Shown here piece by piece: positions 29,659-39,417 of a DNA stretch of 64,000 nt. The notes under the pieces are model-generated. The model saw nothing but the letters and a program-made list of their open reading frames with translations, searched no databases and had not been told where the DNA came from. The translations under genes were made by a program, and so were the position numbers. The DNA is from a bacterium (lineage in GTDB: Bacteria; UBA8248; JACPRG01; G963555815), in assembly GCA_965261595.1 (NCBI GenBank), contig CBDHDG010000006.1:352001-416000 (forward strand), in the 5' to 3' direction. Positions within the stretch are counted from its first letter, which is position 1. The number at the start of each line of letters is the position of its first letter.

Positions 29659-30822
29659 ATGAGCGCCCCCCCCCCCCCCGAAAATCCGCCCGCTTCCCTG
29701 ACGCCGGGTTCGGCCACGCCGGAGGGCACAGCCGCCTACCGAGACCGGTTCGCCGAGGCGACCGCCGAAGGCCACTACCGGCCGTACCAGGACCTCTGGG
29801 TCTCGACCATCGGAATCGGCACCTATCTGGGAGAGGAGGACGAGCCCACCGACGACCTCTACCGCCGGGCCGTGGCCCAGTGCCTGGACCTGGGCTGCAA
29901 CGTCATCGACACGGCGGCGAACTACCGTTGCCGGCGAAGCGAGCGGTCCGTCGGCGAGGGGCTGCGGGACGCGTTTGGCGGGGGGAAGACCCGCCGGGAG
30001 GAAGTGGTCGTCACGACCAAGGGCGGCTTCATCCCCTTCGACGGCGCGCAGCCGAAGGACCGGGATGAATTCATCGGCTACATCGTCAACACCTTTCTCA
30101 AACCCGGCATCATGCGGAAAGAGGACATCGTGGCCGGCTGCCACTGCATGACCCCCGGCTATCTCCAGCACCAACTGGACGCCAGCCGCGCCAACCTGGG
30201 ACTGGACCGCCTGGACGTCTACTATATCCACAACCCGGAAACGCAGCTTCAGGAGGTCGACCGTCAGGAGTTCCTTTCCCGCGTGCGCGCGGCGTTCGAG
30301 ACCCTGGAGAAAAACGTCGGGGACGGGAAGATCCGTTACTACGGAACCGCCACCTGGTCGGGGTGCCGCCTCAAGCCCGAGGAGCGGGAATACCTCTCTC
30401 TGGCCGAACTCGTGGGGGCCGCGAAGGACGTGGCCGGAGAGGACCACCACTTCCGGGCCATCCAGCTTCCGCTCAACCTGGCGATGCCCGAGGCCATCGC
30501 CCTGGCCAACCAGCCGGTGGACGGCGAGATGACCTCGCTCGTCAACGCCGCGGGCCACTTCGGCATCTCCCTGATGGCCAGCGCGTCCATCTTCCAGGGC
30601 CGGGTGGCGGAGAACCTGCCGGATTTCGTCAGCGGGGCGTTTCCCGGGCTGAAAACCGACGCCCAGCGGGCGATCCAGTTCGTTCGCTCGACCCCCGGGA
30701 TGACGGTGGCCCTGGTGGGGATGCGTCAAACCGCCCACGTGGATGAAAACATGGCGATCTCGGGGGTTCCGCCGGCGACCATCGAGGACTACGAGAAGGT
30801 GTTCAAGCCGGCGGAAGGCTGA
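29659..30822 (+). CDS. Aldo/keto reductase family protein
   Basis: IGIGTYLG, IDTAANY, TKGG, YYIHNPE, ALVGMRQTAHVDEN. Confidence 0.9.
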   Translation: MSAPPPPENPPASLTPGSATPEGTAAYRDRFAEATAEGHYRPYQDLWVSTIGIGTYLGEEDEPTDDLYRRAVAQCLDLGCNVIDTAANYRCRRSERSVGEGLRDAFGGGKTRREEVVVTTKGGFIPFDGAQPKDRDEFIGYIVNTFLKPGIMRKEDIVAGCHCMTPGYLQHQLDASRANLGLDRLDVYYIHNPETQLQEVDRQEFLSRVRAAFETLEKNVGDGKIRYYGTATWSGCRLKPEEREYLSLAELVGAAKDVAGEDHHFRAIQLPLNLAMPEAIALANQPVDGEMTSLVNAAGHFGISLMASASIFQGRVAENLPDFVSGAFPGLKTDAQRAIQFVRSTPGMTVALVGMRQTAHVDENMAISGVPPATIEDYEKVFKPAEG

Positions 30823-31184
30823 CCTCTTCGGCTGAGATCGCGCAGGACGCGGAGGGGGGGGGGGCTTTTTCGTTTCGGGCGGCGTGGGGTGTCCGACTTT
30901 ACCTCGGATTTCCCATTCGGGTCATAGGATTCGGCGGGCCGAAGGCTGTTTTCCAGCGTAAAATCAAGCGGTTACCCTCTTGCCCGCCTTTTCGCGGGGG
31001 GACCCTATGGGTGAAGCGAAAGGTGGGCTTTGAAGGTCCGTTCCGACCATGGCGGCCGGCGATCAGCGCCCGGATTATGGCTTCGAGGGGCTCTTGACAG
31101 GGCCATTGGAGGGGGAGCCTAATGATTTCAAACCGCAAAGACGACCCGAAGAATATCGACCGAAGTTGAAAGGGAAATTCCCAT

Positions 31185-31870
31185 ATGGAACAAGTGCTGC
31201 CAACCGTTTGCCAAGAATGCTGGAACGAATGCGGTGTGCTGGTGCATGTCGAGGACGACAAGATCAAGGAGATCGTCGGCAACCCCGCGCATCCGGTGAC
31301 CAAAGGGTATATCTGCAATAAAGGATCAAGATTCACCGAAGTTGTGTACCACAAAGACCGACTGCTTCATCCCCTCAAACGGGTTGGCGCCCGCGGCGAA
31401 GGAAAATGGCAGCAGATATCGTGGGATGAGGCGTTGGACTACGCCGCCGATGCCATCCAGAAGATCCGGCGGACCCACGGCCCTCAGTCGTTCGCCATGT
31501 TTGATCACCACGTCTTTCGCGACCCCATCTGGACACTGTTCGAGCGCTTCGTCGGCAATAACAATGTGATCGGCTGCCTGGATCGATGCGACGGTTCGGC
31601 GGGCAAGGAATCGACAACGGCGACTGGTGCTGGATCCTCACGCCGAGAGGAAAGGTGAAGATGGTCGCCACCCTCACCGACCGGATGCATCCAAAGGTGG
31701 TGAGTGCACAGCATGGCTGGTGGTTTCCAGAGAAAAACACGACAAATCATGGCGTGAACGAATCAAACATTAACCTCCTAACCGACAGAGAAACGGAGCA
31801 TGCCGATCCAGTCATCGGGGGTCATACCTTCAAAGGCCTTCTCTGCACCATTGAGAAGATCGCGGATTGA
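31185..31870 (+). pseudogene. Molybdopterin oxidoreductase remnant (N-terminal Fe4S4 region joined out of frame to the C-terminal dinucleotide-binding region)
   Basis: CQECWNEC...ICNKG, DRLLHPLKRVGARGEGKWQQISWDEALD; then in another frame GIDNGDW...TPRG...QHGWWFPE...NINLLT; the central several hundred residues are absent. Confidence 0.85.
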
Positions 31871-32048
31871 GGTGGCGCGCGATCCCATCAAGCGGCAAGT
31901 GCAACCGTAGGAATTCAGCCGAAGAGATTTGAAATTCCGGTCTGGGCGCGGTTGGGGAAAACGGTGCGTGCGGTGAAGGCCCGCGTACACCGGAGTCCCT
32001 TGCCGACAGGGACCCGATGACGCGGAAAATAGACAGGTGAATGCGGAC

Positions 32049-33584
32049 ATGAGCGAAACGCGCGACATCGACTTATCCAAGGGCGGCGTTCACGATTACC
32101 ACCGCACCGTCCGGTGGCTGGAATCTCTGATCGACCTCCCCATTTACGACCACCGGGACTTTCCGGCGGAGAAGGGGCAGCCGTTCGTCCTGGGGCTTCG
32201 GCGGTTCGTCGAGTTCCTGGACGCCCTGGGCATCTCCATCGAGGACGGCAACGGGCCCGAGATCACCCACGTGGCGGGGACGAGCGGGAAGGGGTCCGTC
32301 TCGGCCTTCCTGGCCGCCATCCTCTTCGAGGAGGAGAAGACCCGGTCCCGGCCGCGCGGCGTCGGGTCCTTTTTCTCCCCCCATGTCTCCTCCCTCACCG
32401 AGCGCACCTGGTCGGACGGGAAGCTCATCGACCCGGCCGGCCTCGACCGGATCGTCGAGCGCATGAAACCCCACATCCAGCGCGCCTATCTCGAAGGGAA
32501 GTACGGCATCCCCTCCTTCTTCGAGATCACCCTGGCCCTCGCCCTCCTTCACTTCCGCGCCCGGGCGGCCGGGCGGGTCATCCTGGAAGTCGGCCTCGGC
32601 GGAACGTACGACGCCACCAACGTCTTCGCGAAGACCGCGCTTTCCATCATCACGAAGATCGGCCTCGACCACACCGACATCCTCGGAAGCACCATCGGGC
32701 AGATCGCTGCCGAGAAGGCCGGGATCGTCAAGCCGGGCGGCCTGGTTCTCTCCGGCGTCCAGACGCCTCGCGCCCAAAAGGTCATCCGGGAAGTCTGCGC
32801 GGAGCGCAAGGCCCAACTCATCTCGCTCAACGACACGCCCCTGGGCGCGGCCGCCGGCCTGCGGGAAACCCGGCCGGACGGAAGCGTCTTCGACTTTCTC
32901 CCCGGCCCGGTGACCAGCCTGACCTCCATCCGGAACCTCGAAATCCGCATGCCGGGGATCCACCAGGTCCAGAATGCGTGCCTGGCCGCCGCCGCCGCCC
33001 AGCTTCACGGCGTGGGCGAGGAGGCCATCCGCCGGGGTCTCGCGAAGACCCGCCTCCCCGCCCGGGTCGAGGTCGTCGGCGACGCCCCGACCGTCGTGCT
33101 GGACGGCGCCCACAACACCGACAAGGCGCGCGCGCTCCGCAACGCCCTCGACCTGACGCCCGCCTCCGGACGGCTCTTTGTCCTGGGCGTCCTGGGAGAC
33201 AAGGACGTGGACGGCCTCTGCGAAGTCCTCCTGCCGGGAAGCGCGGGCGTGTTCGTGACCCGTCCGTCGAGACCGCCGCGGCCCGCCTGCGACCCGAAGC
33301 GTCTCGCGGAGGCGGCCTCCCGCTTCTCGCCGGTCCGGGGCGTCTTCCTGGACCCCTTCGATGCCGTGGAAGCCGCCCTGAACGCGGCGAAAGAGAACGA
33401 CTTGGTCTGCGTAACGGGGTCCCTCTTTCTGGCCGGCGAGGTCCGCGAGCGCTGGCGGCCCCTGAGAGACATCCTGCGGGAAGGAACGTCTTTTCCGGAT
33501 ACGTCCGAGGCCGGCGAGATCAAAGCGTCCGGAACCCCTTCGAACGTCGCCTCCGGTTCACGGGGCGGCGGCGCAAGGCGATAA
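32049..33584 (+). CDS. folC: Folylpolyglutamate/dihydrofolate synthase
   Basis: HVAGTSGKGS, SPH, LEVGLGGTYDATN, IGLDHTDILG, EKAGI, LDGAHN, TGSLFLAGE. Start 32049 or 32037. Confidence 0.92.
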   Translation: MSETRDIDLSKGGVHDYHRTVRWLESLIDLPIYDHRDFPAEKGQPFVLGLRRFVEFLDALGISIEDGNGPEITHVAGTSGKGSVSAFLAAILFEEEKTRSRPRGVGSFFSPHVSSLTERTWSDGKLIDPAGLDRIVERMKPHIQRAYLEGKYGIPSFFEITLALALLHFRARAAGRVILEVGLGGTYDATNVFAKTALSIITKIGLDHTDILGSTIGQIAAEKAGIVKPGGLVLSGVQTPRAQKVIREVCAERKAQLISLNDTPLGAAAGLRETRPDGSVFDFLPGPVTSLTSIRNLEIRMPGIHQVQNACLAAAAAQLHGVGEEAIRRGLAKTRLPARVEVVGDAPTVVLDGAHNTDKARALRNALDLTPASGRLFVLGVLGDKDVDGLCEVLLPGSAGVFVTRPSRPPRPACDPKRLAEAASRFSPVRGVFLDPFDAVEAALNAAKENDLVCVTGSLFLAGEVRERWRPLRDILREGTSFPDTSEAGEIKASGTPSNVASGSRGGGARR

Positions 33585-33624
33585 ACCGAGTCTCTGAAAC
33601 GCCGAAACCCCTCCGGATCCGGGA

Positions 33625-34632
33625 ATGAACATGGCGGGCTTCAAAGAAAGCGCGAGGCCGGCGGAAGGGCTGTCCCCCCCCCCTCCCCCTCCTCCCCCCC
33701 CGGCTCATCTTCGAAGGACGGCGTCCGCCCAGCCCGAAAAAGAAATGACCGCGCCCCGCGGCGACGCTGGCCCCATTCTCCACCTCGGCGGAAAATCCCT
33801 GAGTCTCGCCCGCCCCCTGATCATGGGGGTCGTGAACATCACGCCCGACTCCTTTTCGGACGGCGGACGGTTCTTCGATCCTGACGCGGCGCTTCAACAC
33901 GCCCGCCGGCTGCTGGACGAGGGGGCGGACATCCTCGACCTCGGCGCGGAATCCACCCGCCCCGGCTCCGTCCGGATCACCGCCGAAGAAGAGCTCCGCC
34001 GCCTCTTGCCGGTCCTGGAACCCCTTCTGGAAGAAAAGGGGGGGGGGGACCGAACCGTCCTGTCCGTGGACACCTCCAGCCCGGAAGTGGCCGAGGCGGC
34101 GCTGCGCCGGGGCGTTCCCCTGATCAACGACGTCCGGGGGCTGCGGGACCCGGACCTTCGAGACGTGATCGGGGGGTTCAAGGCCGCCGCGCTCATCATG
34201 CACATGCGGGGCGAGCCGGAAACCATGCAGGACGATCCCCGGTATGGCGACGTCGTCGCGGAGATCAAGGCGCACCTGGCGCGTCAGGCGGAGCGGGCCG
34301 CCGCCTCGGGGATCCGGGAGGTGATCATCGACCCGGGGATCGGGTTCGGAAAAACCCTGGAGCACAACCTGGCGCTGATCCGGAACCTGTCCGATTTCCG
34401 GGAGCTGGGGCGTCCCGTCTGCCTGGGCGTGAGCCGGAAGGCCTTTATCGGCGAGATCACCGGGGCTCCGGACGCCCAGGACCGTCTGGAAGGGACCATC
34501 GTCGCCAACGCCTTCGGCCTGGGGGCGGGGGCGGACATCCTCCGCGTGCACGACGTTCAAGCGGCCGTGCGCACGGTGAAGATGGTCGAGGCCCTCCGGG
34601 GGCCGGAAGGGGGGGGGGGGATTTCATTTTGA
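33625..34632 (+). CDS. folP: Dihydropteroate synthase
   Basis: MGVVNITPDSFSDGG, ESTRPG, IDPGIGFGK, SRKAFIG, LRVHDV; start may be downstream (33745). Confidence 0.95.
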   Translation: MNMAGFKESARPAEGLSPPPPPPPPPAHLRRTASAQPEKEMTAPRGDAGPILHLGGKSLSLARPLIMGVVNITPDSFSDGGRFFDPDAALQHARRLLDEGADILDLGAESTRPGSVRITAEEELRRLLPVLEPLLEEKGGGDRTVLSVDTSSPEVAEAALRRGVPLINDVRGLRDPDLRDVIGGFKAAALIMHMRGEPETMQDDPRYGDVVAEIKAHLARQAERAAASGIREVIIDPGIGFGKTLEHNLALIRNLSDFRELGRPVCLGVSRKAFIGEITGAPDAQDRLEGTIVANAFGLGAGADILRVHDVQAAVRTVKMVEALRGPEGGGGISF

Positions 34633-34955
34633 TTGCGTGAAATCGGCCGGCGTCTTATGTAAACTGAATGGCCATGCATTTCATTGACGGACCCGCACAA
34701 ACTCCGTAAAGGAGTTTTCCTTCGACCTGACAAATCCAAAAGGAATCCCGCAACGTAGATCATCTGATGCGGCTATTGGGGTAAAATATCCTCTTCTCCG
34801 CTTCCGCGGGCATCGGTCAGCGGAAGCGGCCGGGGGGCCGAGAAGATATTCAACGATTGGGAACTTCCCGGGGCATCACGGGGTCTAAGGTTGAAGGAGG
34901 GCGAGCGTTCCCCCATCGACCGCACAGGGGCGACAGATTGGGTTGGAGATAAGCC

Positions 34956-35906
34956 ATGATCGATGTCCAAAGCCAGCGCGACACCCGTAAAGTCCCATTG
35001 AAAAAGGTGGGCGTGAAAGACGTCCGCTATCCGATCACGGTCCGTGACAAGGCCAAGGGCGAGCAGCACACGACGGCCACCTTCAACATGTACGTGGAGG
35101 TCCCCCACCACTTCAAGGGGACCCACATGAGCCGGTTCCTCGAGATCCTCAACAAATTCCGAAACGGCGTGAGCATCGGAGGATTCCATGACATCCTGGA
35201 TGCCATGCGGGTCCGCCTCGATGCCGATGCCGCCCACCTGTCCATCGCCTTCCCGTATTTCATTGAGAAAAAGGCCCCGATCTCGGGCATTCCCAGCATC
35301 ATGGATTTCGAGTGCACCTTCTCGGGGACCTCCGGGCCGGGAAAAAAGCGGGACTTCATCCTCGGCGTCACCGTTCCCATTACGACCCTGTGTCCCTGCT
35401 CGAAGGCCATCAGCGCGTTCGGGGCGCACAACCAGCGGGGGCTGATCACCGCCCGGACCCGATTCCAGGACTCGGTCTGGATCGAAGACCTGATCGAGTT
35501 GATCGAAGTCAAGGCGGGCAACCGCATCTACGCCCTCCTGAAGCGGTCGGATGAGAAGTTCGTCACCGAGCAGGCCTACAACAACCCCATGTTCGTCGAG
35601 GACGTGGTCCGCGAGGTGTACGGGGCCCTTCATTCGGACCCCAACTTCACGTGGTTCAGCGTGGAGTGCGAGAACTTCGAGAGCATCCACAACCACCAGG
35701 CGTACGCCTACACCGACTTCGAGCGCAAGCCGTCGGCCGCGAAAAAGACGGCGGCCCGGGCGGCTTCCCCCGCTCTGAAAACCAAGAACGGGCACCCGAA
35801 AAAGTCCGCCCCCGCCTCCAGGGCCGCCAACGGCCGCACCGCCAACGGGCAAAAGTCCAACAGCCGAAGCCCGGCCAAACGCCGGGTCCCGGCCAAGACG
35901 AGATAG
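34956..35906 (+). CDS. folE2: GTP cyclohydrolase IB with basic C-terminal tail
   Basis: DVQSQRD, KGTHMSRF, TLCPCSKAIS, AHNQR, KRSDEK, NPMFVED, ESIHNHQAYA. Confidence 0.95.
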   Translation: MIDVQSQRDTRKVPLKKVGVKDVRYPITVRDKAKGEQHTTATFNMYVEVPHHFKGTHMSRFLEILNKFRNGVSIGGFHDILDAMRVRLDADAAHLSIAFPYFIEKKAPISGIPSIMDFECTFSGTSGPGKKRDFILGVTVPITTLCPCSKAISAFGAHNQRGLITARTRFQDSVWIEDLIELIEVKAGNRIYALLKRSDEKFVTEQAYNNPMFVEDVVREVYGALHSDPNFTWFSVECENFESIHNHQAYAYTDFERKPSAAKKTAARAASPALKTKNGHPKKSAPASRAANGRTANGQKSNSRSPAKRRVPAKTR

Positions 35907-35936
35907 CGGGCCTCGGGCCGATTCCGGAACCGGCGA

Positions 35937-36887
35937 TTGAGGGTTCTCATCCAGGGCGCGGGAGCCCTCGGCTCCCTGCTGGGATATCATCTGGCCGAAG
36001 CGGGCCATGAAGTCACCCTCGGCCTCCGGCGCCGGCCCGACGCTTGGCCCCGCCAAGACGGCTCACCCGTACTTTCCCTTTTCTCCCCGAATTCCAAAAA
36101 CAAGAAGACCGTCCCCATCCGGCTCACCTGGCCGGAGCGGAGGGATACACCCGCCGATCTCCTTCTCCTGACCACCAAGGCCCAGGACGCCGAAGAGGCC
36201 GCCCGCCGGGCCGAACCCCTCCTCCTGCCCGAGGGGGCGGCCGTTTTGCTCTCCAACGGGTTGGGGCTCGAGCGCGCCGTCTCGGCGCGCCTGTCCGGGC
36301 GCCTTTTCCTGCGGGGTCTCGCCTACTGCGGCGCCCTCCTGGAATCCCCCGGCGGCGTCCGGGACACCGGCGCGGGCCGGATCGTCTTCGGTTTGTGGGA
36401 AAATGAAGGGCAAGCGGCGTCGGACGCCGGCGGCCGGTTGGAATCGATCCTCCGGACGTTCCGCGAGGCGGGGATCGCCGCGGAGGCCGCGCCCCGGCTG
36501 GACTTGGCGCTCTGGGGAAAGGCCATGGCCAACCTGGCCATCAACCCCCTGGGCGCCCTCGCGCGCGTGCGAAACGGCGTCGTCGGGACCGACCCGCGCC
36601 TCAGCGCCCTCGGAAAGAAAATCCTCGAAGAGGCCCGCGCCGTGGCGGCGTCGGAAGGCGTGTCCATCGGACGGGAGGAGGCGGAAGAAATCTTCCGTTC
36701 GACGGCGGCGGCCACGGCCGAAAACGAGAACTCCATGCTGCGCGACCTCTTGTCGGGAAAACGGACGGAGATCGACCACCTCAACGGGGCCGTGGCCCGA
36801 AGGGCGAAAGAGCGGGGCATGGCCGCCCCGTTGAATTCGGCCCTCGCCGCTTGGGTGCGCTCCTATCATCCGGGGGCCCGGTCTTGA
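35937..36887 (+). CDS. panE: 2-dehydropantoate 2-reductase
   Basis: GAGALG, LSNGLG, WGK...NLAINP, NSMLRDL...TEIDHLNG. Confidence 0.88.
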   Translation: MRVLIQGAGALGSLLGYHLAEAGHEVTLGLRRRPDAWPRQDGSPVLSLFSPNSKNKKTVPIRLTWPERRDTPADLLLLTTKAQDAEEAARRAEPLLLPEGAAVLLSNGLGLERAVSARLSGRLFLRGLAYCGALLESPGGVRDTGAGRIVFGLWENEGQAASDAGGRLESILRTFREAGIAAEAAPRLDLALWGKAMANLAINPLGALARVRNGVVGTDPRLSALGKKILEEARAVAASEGVSIGREEAEEIFRSTAAATAENENSMLRDLLSGKRTEIDHLNGAVARRAKERGMAAPLNSALAAWVRSYHPGARS

Positions 36888-38314
36888 CGTTGAAACAGCG
36901 GCCCGCCGGCCGCGATCGAACCCTCCCGAATGACCGTGTCCGGCGGGCCCGGGAGCTGGGAATCGATCCCTATCCCGCCCGCTGTCACGCCAAGACCCCC
37001 GTCTCGACGATCCTCGAGCCGGGTGCTTTGGAAGAGTGCTGGGCCGCCGGCCGGATTCGCGGGATCCGAACCCAAGACGGCGGCCGGTCGATCGTCCTGT
37101 CCGACCTGACGGGAAGCCTGAGGATCCGAGTGCGCCCGGAGGGGATTTCCGGCGCCGGGCGGAAGGTCCTGGGGTTCATCCGGCCGGGCGACATCATCGA
37201 GGCGCGCGGCCGTCTTTCAGAAGGGGAATTTCTCGCCGATGAGGTCCGGCTTCTCGCGGCCGGGGCCGAGCCGGAAGGAGCGGGGGCGGCGGGAATCCCC
37301 GCCGCCGGGACGCTGCGGCTCCGCGCAAGTCTCCTGAAGGCCGTCCGGGGATTTTTCGACAGCCGCGGATTTCTCGAAGTGGAGACGCCCGCCCTGCTCG
37401 CCGCGCCCGATCCGGCCCCGCACCTGGATTCCTTCGTCACCGAGTACGCCGATGCCCGGGGCCGGCGGCGGTTCTTCCTCCAAACCTCGCCCGAGCTCCC
37501 GATGAAGCGCCTCCTCGGCGCCGGCCACGAACGCATCTATCAGATCGCGAAGTTTTTCCGGAACGGAGAGCGGACTGCCCTGCACAACCCGGAATTTACG
37601 GGAATCGAGTGGTACGAGGCCTACGCCGACTATCGGTCGGCCATGGAGACCGCCGAAACCCTGGTGGCCTCCGTCACGAAAGAAGTCCTGGGCGAGACCC
37701 GGCTGCGGGTTGGGGGGGGGGGCGGCGCCCTCGATCTGAGTCCGCCGTGGGAGCGTATTCGTGTTCGCGACGCCTTCATCCGCCACGCCGGAATCGACCT
37801 CCGGGCGTGCATGAGCCGGGCGGACCTGGCGGAATCAGCCCGGAAGTCGGGCGTGCACGTCACCCCGGACGACTCGTGGGAGGACCTGTTTTTCAAGATC
37901 TCCCTGGAGCGCGTCGAGCCGATGTTGGGCCGCTCACGGCCGACCCTGCTCTTCGATTACCCTGCCCCCCTGTCCCTGCTGGCGAAGCGAAAGATCGACG
38001 ACCCGGCGGTCGCGGAGCGGTTCGAGATCTTCGCGGGGGGCATGGAGCTGGCTAACGGTTTCACCGAGCTCAACGATCCGGCCGAGCAGCGCGACCGCTG
38101 GGAGCGGGAGCTGGACGTCCGGCGAAGCGGAGATCCCGACGCCCCCTCCCCCTCCCCCCTCCCGCCGCTGGACGAGGAATTTCTCGAAGCCCTGGAGGGC
38201 GGCGTCCCCCCGGCGGCCGGCGTCGCGCTGGGCCTGGACCGGTGGGTCATGTTGCTGGCGGGGTGTGCGGACATCGGCGAGGTCCGGTGCTTTGCGTTCG
38301 ACGCCCAAGGCTGA
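36884..38314 (+). CDS. epmA: EF-P lysine ligase EpmA/GenX-like with an N-terminal LysRS-type OB-fold
   Basis: FLEVETP, FLQTSPELPMKRLL, FRNGE...HNPEF..IEWY, ERFEIF..GMELANGFTELND, GVALGLDR; TTG 36884 overlaps the panE stop. Confidence 0.8.
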   Translation: MTLKQRPAGRDRTLPNDRVRRARELGIDPYPARCHAKTPVSTILEPGALEECWAAGRIRGIRTQDGGRSIVLSDLTGSLRIRVRPEGISGAGRKVLGFIRPGDIIEARGRLSEGEFLADEVRLLAAGAEPEGAGAAGIPAAGTLRLRASLLKAVRGFFDSRGFLEVETPALLAAPDPAPHLDSFVTEYADARGRRRFFLQTSPELPMKRLLGAGHERIYQIAKFFRNGERTALHNPEFTGIEWYEAYADYRSAMETAETLVASVTKEVLGETRLRVGGGGGALDLSPPWERIRVRDAFIRHAGIDLRACMSRADLAESARKSGVHVTPDDSWEDLFFKISLERVEPMLGRSRPTLLFDYPAPLSLLAKRKIDDPAVAERFEIFAGGMELANGFTELNDPAEQRDRWERELDVRRSGDPDAPSPSPLPPLDEEFLEALEGGVPPAAGVALGLDRWVMLLAGCADIGEVRCFAFDAQG

Positions 38315-38381
38315 GCGTCGCGCGTTCTCTATCGCGAATGGGAAACAGGGATTCTCGGGCGCCTTCCCGGAACGGGGGACC

Positions 38382-39362
38382 ATGAGGGTGAACATCCGGT
38401 CGAGATGGGCCGCCGCCGCGCTCGGTTTGGGATTGCTCCCCGGGGCCTGCTCCCTCCCCCCCCTCCCCTCCCCATCGGGGTTTTTTGAGGCGTTCAATCA
38501 CCCGAAGCGCACGCTCAAGGACACCGTCCGTTTGCTGGAGCGGAAATCCGGCGGCGAGAGACGGAAGGCCCTCGAAACGATCCTCCGGGACCTGGGCGTC
38601 CGCTATGAAGTCCAGCGTTACCCGGCCGGCCCGGACGCGGCCGGGCCGGGCGAAGGGGCGAATATCTTCTTCGACCTCGGCGGCGGCGCGAAGACCCTCA
38701 TCGTTTCCGCCCACCATGACGCCGTCCCGGGCAGTCCCGGCGCGAACGACGACGCCTCGTGCGTCAGCGCAATCCTGGACGCATACGCCAGACTCCGGCG
38801 GACGCCGCCGGCCAATCTGAAGGTCCGGTTCATCTTCTTCGACGGCGAGGAAATCGGCCTGAAGGGGTCGAAGGAATACGTCCGCGCCCATGACCTGAAA
38901 AACATTCTCGCCATGTTCAGTCTGGAGCTCTGCGGCATCGGGGATGCGGCGGCGGTCTGGGAGTCCGAAGAGACGGAGAGAAAAACCCCGGCGATCCGGG
39001 CGCTCCTTGAAACCCTCGAAGAAAACAACGTCGCCCACCTCGTCGAAGGAGACATCCCGAAATTCGGCTCGGACCACGAGTCCTTCAGGAAGGCGGGGAT
39101 TCCCGCGCTGGCCCTATCCATCTTCCCGAAAAAGGAAGAATCGATCCTGCGGGAATTCATTTTCAATCCGGGCTCGCCCAAGTGGGCCGACCGCGGGCGC
39201 CGGCCCTCCATTCTTTCGGCATTACCACACGCCGAACGACACGGCCGGCCGATTGCGCGAGGACGCCATGGCCTTGATGTCGGAGATCATCCACCGGACG
39301 GTCTTGAGACTGGACCGAACGCTAAAAAAAATCAAAGCGGATCGTTTCGGGACGCGCCGTAA
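38382..39362 (+). CDS. M28-family peptidase lipoprotein (frameshift near 39211; 3' end uncertain)
   Basis: Lipobox LPGAC; SAHHDA, PGANDDAS, DGEEIGLKGS, SDHESF; YHTPND occurs in the +1 frame. Confidence 0.8.
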   Translation: MRVNIRSRWAAAALGLGLLPGACSLPPLPSPSGFFEAFNHPKRTLKDTVRLLERKSGGERRKALETILRDLGVRYEVQRYPAGPDAAGPGEGANIFFDLGGGAKTLIVSAHHDAVPGSPGANDDASCVSAILDAYARLRRTPPANLKVRFIFFDGEEIGLKGSKEYVRAHDLKNILAMFSLELCGIGDAAAVWESEETERKTPAIRALLETLEENNVAHLVEGDIPKFGSDHESFRKAGIPALALSIFPKKEESILREFIFNPGSPKWADRGRRPSILSALPHAERHGRPIARGRHGLDVGDHPPDGLETGPNAKKNQSGSFRDAP

Positions 39363-39417
39363 ATTTGCATATCCGGCCACGGCCAACTCTTCGGAACCTC
39401 ACGGATTCTTCGACCGC

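Noticed and set aside
30841..30876. Terminator after the aldo/keto reductase
   Set aside because: A U-tract is present but there is no clear complementary stem.
34633..34955. Possible riboswitch upstream of folE2 (hairpin AAACTCCGTAAAGGAGTTT; CACGGGTCTAAGG)
   Set aside because: The fragments do not assemble into a c-di-GMP-I, ZTP or THF consensus by eye; an Rfam scan would be needed.
36884..38314. Calling this gene lysS
   Set aside because: The catalytic motifs are EpmA-type (QTSPE..MKRLL) rather than LysRS-type (LRIAPELYLKRL).
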